A stretch of DNA of 64,000 nucleotides from a virus (taxonomy: Duplodnaviria; Caudoviricetes). The position numbers and the translations under genes were made by a program. The stretch covers positions 96,001 through 160,000 of the IMG/VR virus record IMGVR_UViG_3300028833_000068, one strand, 5' to 3'. The notes below the pieces were generated by a model that was not told the DNA's origin, did no database searches, and was given only the letters and a program-made list of their open reading frames with translations. Positions 38,591 through 48,057 of the stretch are shown here, one piece after another (position 1 is the first letter of the stretch; every line of letters starts with the position of its first letter).

Positions 38591-41020
38591 ATGTTGAAAC
38601 AAATTACAACTGACGTTGTTAACACCTTTCTATTAGGTCATGACCCAATGGAACACATCATTTCCATTGAATGTGGGTTCGATGAAGACAAGGTTAACAT
38701 CATTTACGTAAATGAAAAAGGTGAAAAACGTATTAAGCAAGACGATTTCAAACCATTCATTTGGGTAAAACATAGTGCTGCAATAAGACTATTCAATGGT
38801 AATAGAGCAGAACTTAGAAAACAATTGAGATGGTATGGAATCTCAATTAAAAAACTAATCACCTCCAATGATAACGGAGAAGAACACGAAAGACTAGAAA
38901 GTGGATATAAATACCTCTTTTATGCCACTAGAAAAATGAGCAATCAAGTGTTTCAAAGTTTCTTTTCAAAAGGTGGAGTACCCATCCATCCTAGACAGAA
39001 AAAAGGTGAAACACAAAATGGAAATAAAGAGTTCATGGGAGTTACACCAGTTGAACAATATATGATTGCAACTGGACGAAGACTCTTTAAAGGCTATGAC
39101 ACATACGATGAACTCAACAGATTCATCTTTGACTTGGAAACACAAGGACTCAACCCTAGAATACATAGGATTGAGCAAATTGGTATACACACAAATAAAG
39201 GATACAATAAGGTAATATCTGTCGAAGGCAATTCAAAAGAAGAACTAGATAAAAACGAAATTGCTGCAATCGAAGAGTTTTTGGAAATATTGGCTGACTT
39301 AAAACCAGATACAGTAGTTGGGCATAATTCAGAAAACTTCGACTGGAACTTCTTTATCGTTCGCTGTGAAATGCTTGGGGTAGATTTTTCAGAACTTTCA
39401 CTTAAATACTTTAGACACGCAATATATAAGAAGAAAAAAGAATCTGTACTTAAACTAGGAGGAGAAGTGGAATACTACTATCCAACAATTATGTGGGGAC
39501 ATAATGTTCTAGATTCACTACATGCAGCACGTAGGGCACAAGCCATCGACTCCAATATGAAATCTTCAAACTTGAAATATGTTACCAAATATCTTAATCT
39601 GAAGAAACAAAATCGTGTGTATGTACCAGGTGATAAAATCACCACAACTTGGAACATCCAAGAAAAAGTATTTGGACTATGTGAAGATGATGGAGATTGG
39701 TATAGAGTAACAGATAAAAGACCATTACTTAAAGGATATAATCTAGTAAGTGGCAGATATATAGTTGAAAGATATTTGTTAGATGACTTATGGGAGACTG
39801 ATAAGGTAGAAGATAAACTAAACGAGTCTAACTTCCTTGTGGGTAAGATGTTACCAACCAACTTCTCAAGAACTTGTACAATGGGTACGGCTGGCATTTG
39901 GAAGCTCATCATGCTTGCGTGGTGCTATGAAAATGACCTTGCAATACCATCAGCAGCACCAAATAAACGCTTTACTGGTGGACTTTCACGTCTCCTTAAG
40001 ACTGGATTCGTTGACCGTATTGTAAAACTTGACTATAACTCACTTTATCCTTCAGTAATCCTTACATGGCATGTTTCAACACCAATTGACGTTATGAATG
40101 TCATGCTTTCATTCCTTGAATATATCCTCACGCAACGAGAAAAATACAAGGAACTTAAGGCAGAAGCTGGAGATAACGTTGATAAGTTTAAGGAACTTCT
40201 TGAAAAGGCAGAAGGAGAAGAATTAAAGAAGATAGAAGAACAGATAAAGTATTGGAAAGCAGAGAAGAGTGGTAACGATAAGAAACAGTTGCCTCTTAAG
40301 ATTCTTGCTAATAGCTTCTTCGGAGGATACGGCTCTCCAAATGTATTCCCATTTGGAGACATCCTTGCAGCAGAAAAGACAACTTGCATCAGTCGTATGT
40401 CACTGAGACTTATGATTTCTCACTTCAAGTCAATTGGTTATGAACCAATCGTAGGTGATTCGTTTACGGCAGATACTCCTTTATTCATTAAGTATGATAT
40501 AGATGGAAAAATTGATATTAAACCAATATGTGAATTAATTGGCAAGACAGAAACAGATGCTTTAGGCAGAGAATATGATACTTCTGAAAAACCATATAAA
40601 GTTCTTTGTAGAAGCGGTTGGATGAGACCTAAGTACATATACCGTCACAAGACAAATAAGCCGTTATACGAGATTTCTGAGGGTAATATGAGTGTTACAG
40701 TAACAGAAGACCACAGCTTGTTTAATGATAAACAGCAGAAGATTAAACCAAGTGAAATAAACCAAAACACAAGATTAGAATATTATAAGGATAAGTTTTG
40801 GCATGGTGAAGGTTCTCATAAGGTTCATGGCAGTGTCATTACCTCTACAGCACGTATGCTTAAGAGAGGCGCACTAGACAGAGTACCAATGTTCTTATTC
40901 AATGATGTTAGCTTGGATTATATTAGGATGTTTCTTAATGAACTAGAAGGATGGGATTATTCTAATACAAGCAAGACTTGTCAAGCTGGAATAATGTTTT
41001 TAAAGAATAAAATAAAATGA
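38591..41020 (+). CDS. polB: DNA polymerase family B, N-terminal part, fused to split intein N-fragment
   Basis: ExoI FDLET, ExoII GHNSENFD, ExoIII YLLDD, motif A LDYNSLYPS, motif B KILANSFFG, then IVGD|SFTADTP. Confidence 0.95.
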   Translation: MLKQITTDVVNTFLLGHDPMEHIISIECGFDEDKVNIIYVNEKGEKRIKQDDFKPFIWVKHSAAIRLFNGNRAELRKQLRWYGISIKKLITSNDNGEEHERLESGYKYLFYATRKMSNQVFQSFFSKGGVPIHPRQKKGETQNGNKEFMGVTPVEQYMIATGRRLFKGYDTYDELNRFIFDLETQGLNPRIHRIEQIGIHTNKGYNKVISVEGNSKEELDKNEIAAIEEFLEILADLKPDTVVGHNSENFDWNFFIVRCEMLGVDFSELSLKYFRHAIYKKKKESVLKLGGEVEYYYPTIMWGHNVLDSLHAARRAQAIDSNMKSSNLKYVTKYLNLKKQNRVYVPGDKITTTWNIQEKVFGLCEDDGDWYRVTDKRPLLKGYNLVSGRYIVERYLLDDLWETDKVEDKLNESNFLVGKMLPTNFSRTCTMGTAGIWKLIMLAWCYENDLAIPSAAPNKRFTGGLSRLLKTGFVDRIVKLDYNSLYPSVILTWHVSTPIDVMNVMLSFLEYILTQREKYKELKAEAGDNVDKFKELLEKAEGEELKKIEEQIKYWKAEKSGNDKKQLPLKILANSFFGGYGSPNVFPFGDILAAEKTTCISRMSLRLMISHFKSIGYEPIVGDSFTADTPLFIKYDIDGKIDIKPICELIGKTETDALGREYDTSEKPYKVLCRSGWMRPKYIYRHKTNKPLYEISEGNMSVTVTEDHSLFNDKQQKIKPSEINQNTRLEYYKDKFWHGEGSHKVHGSVITSTARMLKRGALDRVPMFLFNDVSLDYIRMFLNELEGWDYSNTSKTCQAGIMFLKNKIK
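40460..41017 (+). mobile_element. Split intein N-fragment (186 aa, Ser1)
   Basis: Block A SFTADTPLFI, block B VTVTEDHSLF. Confidence 0.9.
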
Positions 41021-41904
41021 ATAATACAGAAACTTTTATAAAAAAAGCAATTAAAATACATGGAAACAAATATGACTATTCCAAAGTAAATTACATAAAT
41101 GCGCATACAAAAATATGTATAGTTTGTCCAATTCATAGTGATTTCTGGATAAGACCAAATAATCACTTGAATGGACAAGGGTGTTCATATTGTGGTGGAA
41201 CTAGAAAAGATGATACATAAACATTTATTGAAAAAGCAAGAAAAATTCATGGAGATAAATATGATTACTCAAAGGTAGAATATAAAAATAACAAAACCAA
41301 AATATGTATTACTTGTCCAACTCATGGGGATTTCTGGATGAAACCAAATGACCATCTAAATCATCATGGATGTCCAACTTGTGGAGGAACTAAAAAAATT
41401 AGGCAAAATGAAATAATTAATAAATTTAAAGAAGTTCATGGGAATAAATATGATTATTCAAAAGTAGAATATGTTAATGCGCATGCCAAAGTTTGTATTA
41501 TTTGTCCTAAACACGGAGAGTTTTGGCAACCTCCGCATGACCATTTAAAAGGTTGTGGATGCCCAACTTGTAATGAAAGCGCATTAGAAAAACATTTATT
41601 TGATTTTTTAACTGATAGGAATATTTCATTTAAGTCCCAGAAAAAATTTAATTGGTTGGGAAAACAACGTTTAGATTTTTATATTCCAAAGTATAATATC
41701 GCAATAGAATGCCAAGGAATACAACACTTTGAAAATAGAGATTTCTTTGAACCATTAGAAATTATACAAGAAAGAGACAAACTAAAGAAACAACTTTGTG
41801 AAGAACACGGTATTAAAGTGTTGTACTATAGCAACGTAGGTATAGAATACCCGTATCAAGTTTTTGAAAATAAAGAAGAACTTTTAAAAGAAATAATAAA
41901 ATGA
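41017..41904 (+). pseudogene. Homing endonuclease between the polymerase halves, interrupted by one in-frame TAA (41218-41220)
   Basis: KDDT*TFIEKARKIHGDKYDYS reads in frame into ORF 41338; three repeats plus RLDFYIP..IECQG. Confidence 0.85.
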
Positions 41905-42014
41905 ATAGTATTAACGTAAAAAAAATGGAGGACTGCCAAGGCATCGGTGTTGTGTACGACATATCTCTGGACGGAACTGTGGTTAACGCCCTAGGAATGA
42001 ACGTAATAAGCAAC
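41901..42014 (+). mobile_element. Split intein C-fragment (38 aa, ends Ser-Asn, +1 Thr)
   Basis: Block F VYDISLDG, block G VISN/T. Confidence 0.9.
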
Positions 42015-43478
42015 ACCGATGGCTTCAACTTCCAAATGCCAAAGGAAGAAGATTTCCGCTATACAAAAGAACACCCATACGTCAGCACTGGCGAAGGACG
42101 TAACTCAGTTAAAGGTAAAGAATATACACGAGTCGATGCCGACGTTGCTGAGTTCGAAGACTTGTTCTTGTCCAAACCTTATAACGGCGGCATCAACAAA
42201 ATGGGGTTAGGCATAGACGAGTACTGCGATGCTTGCATCCAATTCGCACGTAAGAACTATGCCGATTTGATGCCAGACGGTAAGACAAAGAAAGTTGGTA
42301 ACACAATTAAGTCTCGTAAGATGAGTGGTTATCTTGAGAAATTTATTGATGAAGGTGTTGACTTATTATTAAGGAACAATGGCTATAAGTTCTTATCGAA
42401 TTATTATGATTACATCGACAAGATTTATAACTATCAGATTCCAATTAAGGATATTGCTTCAAAGGGCAACATCAAGAAGACATTGAAGGAATACACTGCT
42501 GATTGTGGAACACTTACAAAGGCTGGTTCAAAGAAATCACGTCAAGCTTGGTATGAACTTGCAATCAATGAAAACCTTAATGTAAACGTTGGTGACACTG
42601 TATTCTATATCAACACTGGTACAAAGAAAGGTCATACTGATGTAAAGCGTGTTACGCATTACTATTATTATCTTAATGGTGAAAAGACAGAAATCACCAA
42701 GGAAGTTGAAAAACTATACAAGGATAATACAAAGGAAGTTAAACTTAATGGTGGTGAAAAGAAATCTCGCATTGAACTAGCAAAGGAAAAGTATGGCAGT
42801 AAGGCATTTGATGAGGATGAAATCATCCTTAACTGTAAGTTAGTACCAAATGAAATCCTTGATAAGGAAGAGGATGTGCTTTGCAGCGAATATGAAGGTC
42901 TTGAATACAATGTGGAGAAATACATTGAGCAATTCAATAAGAGAATCACCCCATTGTTGGTTTGTTTCCATCCAGATATAAGAAATCAAATTCTTATAAC
43001 CAATCCAAAGGATAAGAAATTCTTTACTGAGGAGCAATCTAAACTTGTAAGCGGTTATCCAAATAAGGAAGGAGACCAAGACACATATGAGGCATTGATG
43101 ACACCAGAGAGAAAAGAAATTGAATTTTGGCTTAAGATTAATGAAGTTCCGCCATTTGTTAAAGAATGCGGAATTGATTGGGATGGTCTTGTAGAGAAAT
43201 ACAAAAAAGAGGTTGAGGAAGAGAACAATGCATTATTCCAAGAGGAAAATCAGAAGTATCTCGAAATCCTTGAAGAGATTACCAATGATGAGGTTGAGGA
43301 ATTTGAATCAGAAGGAAAAATACCAACAGCATTGGCATCAATTGTAACACTGAATGCAGCAGACATGAGGTTCTACTTCAAGAAAATGCCAGATAGAACG
43401 CCATCTACTGGTGGATTTGTCTTTGATGACATCCAATATAACTATGCTGAAACAGTAGATGCATTAGGAGACTTCTAA
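41901..43478 (+). CDS. polB: DNA polymerase family B, C-terminal part, preceded by split intein C-fragment
   Basis: VYDISL..VISN|TDGFNF completes motif C; ARKNYA, KKVG. Confidence 0.92.
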   Translation: MNSINVKKMEDCQGIGVVYDISLDGTVVNALGMNVISNTDGFNFQMPKEEDFRYTKEHPYVSTGEGRNSVKGKEYTRVDADVAEFEDLFLSKPYNGGINKMGLGIDEYCDACIQFARKNYADLMPDGKTKKVGNTIKSRKMSGYLEKFIDEGVDLLLRNNGYKFLSNYYDYIDKIYNYQIPIKDIASKGNIKKTLKEYTADCGTLTKAGSKKSRQAWYELAINENLNVNVGDTVFYINTGTKKGHTDVKRVTHYYYYLNGEKTEITKEVEKLYKDNTKEVKLNGGEKKSRIELAKEKYGSKAFDEDEIILNCKLVPNEILDKEEDVLCSEYEGLEYNVEKYIEQFNKRITPLLVCFHPDIRNQILITNPKDKKFFTEEQSKLVSGYPNKEGDQDTYEALMTPERKEIEFWLKINEVPPFVKECGIDWDGLVEKYKKEVEEENNALFQEENQKYLEILEEITNDEVEEFESEGKIPTALASIVTLNAADMRFYFKKMPDRTPSTGGFVFDDIQYNYAETVDALGDF

Positions 43479-43484
43479 AAAAAG

Positions 43485-43518
43485 AAAAAGAACTAAGTTT
43501 ATTGCTTAGTTCTTTTTT
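43485..43518. terminator. Bidirectional terminator
   Basis: AAAAAGAACTAAG..CTTAGTTCTTTTTT. Confidence 0.75.
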
Positions 43519-43789
43519 GTTTTCTTTCAATATATTCTAACTGTCTTAGTTTATTATCAATTGTTGTTTCAAATTCAATCATTTGGTTTCTAATAAACAC
43601 TGTGATACCAAAGAATGCAAGTGCAACGCCAAGCATTGTCGTTCCAGCTGTTATAACTGGATACCCAATTGATAGCGTTACTATAAATGCTATGAAGTAT
43701 AGTATGACTGCCGCAAATACTAATACAGTACCATTGATGATTTGCATTTTATCCCTAATTCCTATGTCTCTCCAACCTTCTCTTCTCAT
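43499..43789 (-). CDS. Two-TM membrane protein, holin candidate
   Basis: Two hydrophobic helices and a charged C-tail; late unit. Confidence 0.55.
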   Translation of the reverse strand: MRREGWRDIGIRDKMQIINGTVLVFAAVILYFIAFIVTLSIGYPVITAGTTMLGVALAFFGITVFIRNQMIEFETTIDNKLRQLEYIERKQKRTKQ

Positions 43790-43806
43790 GCTTCTTGTTT
43801 TAGTAA

Positions 43807-45630
43807 TTATTTCTTATTCCAGCGTTTGGCGTTTTGAGCAAATACAGCCCTTTTACGAGTAAGTGGATTCTTTGAATGTGTTAGTTCTTCAGTAGATTTT
43901 CCAGTTGCCTTTTTGGTGGCATTAAACTTTCCTTTATTCTTTGGGTCAATCTCAATTGACTCTTCAACTTCATCCTTTATACCCAAACGTCTTCTAGCTT
44001 CTGCTCTTTCTTCTGGCGCAACTTGTTTCTTAAAACCCTTTCTGTGACCATGCGTTGACCTAATGAAACCCTTAGTGTTGGCTTGCTTTTGGGTATATTC
44101 CTTTATAATATTTATTGCAGCTTCCTTAACAACTTGTTTAAGCTCTTGTTCTGTGACTTTTATTGGCTTCTTGGATTCATCAATCCCATCACCTTCTTTC
44201 ATGCCTAGTTTTTTAAACATTTTCATTAAATATGGCTCTAACTTAGATGGCATTTTTGATGCTGGGCCGTATGTCTCTTCATATGGAAGCCAAGTACCGT
44301 CATTATAAAGTTCGACATCCCATTCACCATTATTCTGTACCTCTTTATAACTGTCTAGTAATGCCCAGTATGCACGACAATCAGCCATATCTAACACAGC
44401 AACCAATTGTCCATCACCATATTTCATTCTAGAAACTTTACGTCTAGTTTTTTCGGCTTCTCTACGTCTTTTAGCATCTTCCTTTCTCCTTAAAGCTGAA
44501 GATTCTTTTGCTTTAGTTTTTGCCTCTATTTTATCTTGCTCTGCTTTTTTTGATGCTAGGTCACTATATGTGTTTTGCCAGTTATCACTGTCTTTTACCC
44601 CATGATTAGGAAAATCAGTATCTGTTTGCTGTTTAAACCATTTATTCCTTTCATAAAAATCACCCATTGGGATTTGAGAATAATCAATCTCATTGATAAT
44701 CTGCATTGCAGCTTCCTTAATAACTTGTTTAAGTTCAGATTCGGTTAACTTAACTTGTTTATTTATTTCTTTATCTTCAATCACTCGATTATTCTTAGGC
44801 CATAACACAATGCAAGTATCATAACGAGAAAATGGGTCTTCAACAGTTCCACAAGCCATGCACTTGATATAACCACTAATCTTCATTCCATCATCGAACA
44901 TGATATTAATTGCATATTGCTTTGAACGTGGCATACCATCTTCAGCATAATCACAATAACCGCCATCTGATTCCATGCTGTCAGCATTTTCTATATGACC
45001 ACAAGGTTTCATTTCAACCTCACAACCCAATGAAGATATTGCTCTATAATAATCTGATATCGCTTGCCAATTCTCATCATGATAAACTCTAGAATCAATA
45101 CCATATTTCTTTACAATTCTATATATTTGATTGATTCTTGCTTGAATTGACTTTGGCTTTCTGCCCATAAACTTATCAACCTCATCGTGTCTTCCCAAGT
45201 TTTTTGGCATAGACTCTGTTAACTTCTCTCTAAGCCTATTTTTAAGCTCTTCCTTGAGCGTGAAGTTAACAAGGTATAACTTTCTCTGCATATCACCAAT
45301 AAAACTCTCACATTCGCTCTTAATGCCTATATAATTCTCACCCATCCCTTCAAGTTCCTTTAAGAAATCCTTGGAATCTGAGATGACATCTTCAACAAAT
45401 GCTTTCAAAGTGGTTTCATTAGCTTCTTCTGGAGTTAATGCATTCAACTTAATCTTTCCACTGATGGACTGTTCAACCTCAGACACCAAATCCTCAAAAT
45501 CAGAGATAGAACTTGCAATGTCATCACAAAGCTCATGTTGTGACATATTATCAGCACTCCAATGGAAATTCTTAATTTCTACCTTCCACTTCTCGCATTT
45601 ATTTATAAAACTTAATATTTTCTTATTCAT
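43807..45630 (-). CDS. Modular protein: ferritin/Dps-like (DUF5856-like) N-domain, two internal tags, basic C-terminal module
   Basis: IKNFHW..QHELCD..FEDLVSE..KLYL; VKLTESELKQVIKE and IKVTEQELKQVVKE; ATATTTATA at 45651-45659. Confidence 0.75.
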   Translation of the reverse strand: MNKKILSFINKCEKWKVEIKNFHWSADNMSQHELCDDIASSISDFEDLVSEVEQSISGKIKLNALTPEEANETTLKAFVEDVISDSKDFLKELEGMGENYIGIKSECESFIGDMQRKLYLVNFTLKEELKNRLREKLTESMPKNLGRHDEVDKFMGRKPKSIQARINQIYRIVKKYGIDSRVYHDENWQAISDYYRAISSLGCEVEMKPCGHIENADSMESDGGYCDYAEDGMPRSKQYAINIMFDDGMKISGYIKCMACGTVEDPFSRYDTCIVLWPKNNRVIEDKEINKQVKLTESELKQVIKEAAMQIINEIDYSQIPMGDFYERNKWFKQQTDTDFPNHGVKDSDNWQNTYSDLASKKAEQDKIEAKTKAKESSALRRKEDAKRRREAEKTRRKVSRMKYGDGQLVAVLDMADCRAYWALLDSYKEVQNNGEWDVELYNDGTWLPYEETYGPASKMPSKLEPYLMKMFKKLGMKEGDGIDESKKPIKVTEQELKQVVKEAAINIIKEYTQKQANTKGFIRSTHGHRKGFKKQVAPEERAEARRRLGIKDEVEESIEIDPKNKGKFNATKKATGKSTEELTHSKNPLTRKRAVFAQNAKRWNKK

Positions 45631-45712
45631 GACTTTTAATTTATTCTTCCTATAAATATCTTTTTATAACTAAATGTTTGCTTATTTTGATATAAATTTA
45701 TCTTTTATATAT

Positions 45713-46095
45713 ATGAATAATGGAAAACGATTAACAAATCAAGAAGCATTAGAAAGAATACAAGAAAATATGTTCATGATTGCAGAAGTAAAATATTACC
45801 TTGGTTAAAACATAAGATTTCAATGTCTTTAGATTTCTATCTACCAGAATACAAAATAGCAATTGAATGCCAAGGAAGACAGCACTTCGAACCAGTTCTT
45901 GACTTCGGAGGGAATAAAGCATTCGAAGAAAGCCTAGAAAGAGATAGAAGAAAACTGTTGTTATGTAAGGAACACGGAGTCAAATTATTATACTATGACA
46001 GCGAACGTGGGCATACAGAATTTTTAGGAGAAAAAGTTTACAATGAAGAAAATAAAATATTAAAAGAAATAACTAGTTATGGAGAAAAAAATTAA
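45713..46095 (+). pseudogene. Internally deleted, frameshifted homing endonuclease
   Basis: MNNGKRLTNQEALERIQE in one frame; KYVHDCRSKILPWLKHKISMSLDFYLPEYKIAIECQG in another. Confidence 0.7.
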
Positions 46096-47296
46096 AATGT
46101 TGGTCATTCCCAGTGACCATACAGGTGTGGGATTTTACAGGTCGGTAGGTCCACACAAGTACATTGCAGAGCACTACGGTGATGAGTTTGACGTTGACAT
46201 TGTTTACAGTATGCCGAATGGTGATTTGGAAAAGTTTTTGAGTCAATATGACTTGATTCACATTCACAAACAGCTTGATAAGGAATGTAAGATTATGGAT
46301 ATGATTAAGTTCTTAGGTATTCCAGTAATCATTGACATTGATGACCACTACCTTTTGGGAAACGACCATCCAATGTCTTTAACAGCCAAAAAGGAGAGAT
46401 GGCATGAGCCAATTATCAATCATCTAAAGAAGGCTGATTATGTTACAACTACAACACCAATTTTTGCAGAGGTGATAAAGAAACATAATAAGAACGTTGC
46501 AGTATTTCCAAATGCAATTGACCCAAAGGAAGAGCAGTTTGCAGTGCCCAAGACAGCAATGGGTGATAAGCTAAGAGTTGGTATTATTTGTGGTTCTTCG
46601 CACTTAAAGGACTTGCAGTTGCTTGATGGCATTGCAAAACAAGTTGATAAGGATAAGGTACAGTTTGTGCTTTGTGGCTTCGATACAAGGGGAAATAGAA
46701 CCATTTATAATCAACAGACTGGAGAGAAAACAACACGTCCAATTCTCCCAGAGGAATCAGTATGGTGTGATTATGAGAAGATTTTCACTGATAACTATAA
46801 CACAATTTCACCTGAGCATAAGGAGTTCTTGATGAAATATATGCCAAATGTTGATGACCCATTTACCAATGAACCATACCGTAGAATGTGGACAAGAGAC
46901 ATCAATAAGTATGCAACGCATTATGCGAATGTTGATGTATTAATTGCACCGCTTAAGGAAAATGAGTTCAATAAGGTTAAGTCTCAACTTAAGGAGACTG
47001 AATGTGGTTTTACTCATACGGCATTTATTGGTCAGAACTTTGGCGCATACACCATTGACCTTGTACCAATGATTGAGAAGGGTGGCAAGATTAACGAGAA
47101 CGGCACTGCTTTGCTTGTAGACTCGTCAAAGAACCACAAGCAATGGGCAAAGTACATTAACAAGCTTGCTGATGATAGAGAGATGCTTAAGAAGCTTCAA
47201 GACAACCTTGCAGAGTTTGTAGAGAAGACTTACTCGATGGAGAAGGTTTGCAATGACAGAGTTGAATTTTATAAGTCAATAGTTAATAAAGGATAA
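46079..47296 (+). CDS. Glycosyltransferase (GT-B, GT4-like)
   Basis: GVGFYR, IIDIDDH, ADYVTTTT, VFPNAID, DVLIAPL..NEFN.VKSQLK..E. Confidence 0.85.
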   Translation: MEKKIKMLVIPSDHTGVGFYRSVGPHKYIAEHYGDEFDVDIVYSMPNGDLEKFLSQYDLIHIHKQLDKECKIMDMIKFLGIPVIIDIDDHYLLGNDHPMSLTAKKERWHEPIINHLKKADYVTTTTPIFAEVIKKHNKNVAVFPNAIDPKEEQFAVPKTAMGDKLRVGIICGSSHLKDLQLLDGIAKQVDKDKVQFVLCGFDTRGNRTIYNQQTGEKTTRPILPEESVWCDYEKIFTDNYNTISPEHKEFLMKYMPNVDDPFTNEPYRRMWTRDINKYATHYANVDVLIAPLKENEFNKVKSQLKETECGFTHTAFIGQNFGAYTIDLVPMIEKGGKINENGTALLVDSSKNHKQWAKYINKLADDREMLKKLQDNLAEFVEKTYSMEKVCNDRVEFYKSIVNKG

Positions 47297-47299
47297 GAT

Positions 47300-47467
47300 A
47301 TGAGAGATTATAAACGAGGAGATATTGTTGCCACATTAGAGGGGACATTTTTAGTTTCTGAGGTAATAGAGGCGATTAATCCATTTACATTTATGGCAGA
47401 GCCTTGTGTAATGGTTTATTGGTATGGTACAGAACGCAAAATTCCTTACAATAGGATTATTGGTTAA
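47300..47467 (+). CDS. Small hypothetical protein (55 aa)
   Basis: Hand translation MRDYKRGDIVATLEG...; followed by a terminator. Confidence 0.55.
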   Translation: MRDYKRGDIVATLEGTFLVSEVIEAINPFTFMAEPCVMVYWYGTERKIPYNRIIG

Positions 47468-47472
47468 AAAGA

Positions 47473-47504
47473 AAAAAGAGTGTGGGTTTGTTCCTCACTC
47501 TTTT
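47473..47504. terminator. Bidirectional terminator
   Basis: AAAAAGAGTG..CACTCTTTT. Confidence 0.7.
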
Positions 47505-47505
47505 A

Positions 47506-48045
47506 TTATGCTGTAAATTCTGTAGAATCAACACTATAACCTTCCCACGTAATCCATAACCTAGTCGTACCCCATAAACTATGGGCATTGGCATAACCAT
47601 TATTAATTGCATTAAGAACAAAATATTCAGAATGCTCTGGAGTAACTTGCACCATAATATAATCCCCCTTTTTAGCATCAACATTAAGCTCTTTTAATGT
47701 CTCTGGGTAAACACCAATTGTTATCTTTCCTGGCTTCATATAAGTGCCAAGTTGTTTTGACTTGTCATATGACTTTAGTTCTGGTTCTTCTATCTTATAC
47801 GTACACGGTATTTCTATTGGGGTTTTAAACTGTATATTATTAGACTCTGTTTCTCCATAGACTGCATCGGTTTGGGTATTGGATGCATCAAATTGATATA
47901 GGACTACGGTTTGTCCCATATCTTGTTCTATATAATCCTTTCCAATTTCTCTTTCTAGGTCAAACATCTCTGCATCATAGAATAGAGAGTTTCTGTTGAT
48001 TGGAACACGTCTTACGCTATTTGTGTTAAATTTTAAATTTGCCAT
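47506..48045 (-). CDS. Putative head-closure/neck protein (gp14-like)
   Basis: GQTVVLY..DAVYGE..F..P.EI..KKGDYI pattern typical of head completion proteins. Confidence 0.55.
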   Translation of the reverse strand: MANLKFNTNSVRRVPINRNSLFYDAEMFDLEREIGKDYIEQDMGQTVVLYQFDASNTQTDAVYGETESNNIQFKTPIEIPCTYKIEEPELKSYDKSKQLGTYMKPGKITIGVYPETLKELNVDAKKGDYIMVQVTPEHSEYFVLNAINNGYANAHSLWGTTRLWITWEGYSVDSTEFTA

Positions 48046-48057
48046 ATTTTACCTTTA

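Noticed and set aside
41017-41904. Group I intron interrupting the polymerase
   Set aside because: No non-coding space for an intron core; the ORFs overlap by ATGA, and intein blocks A, B, F and G explain the break
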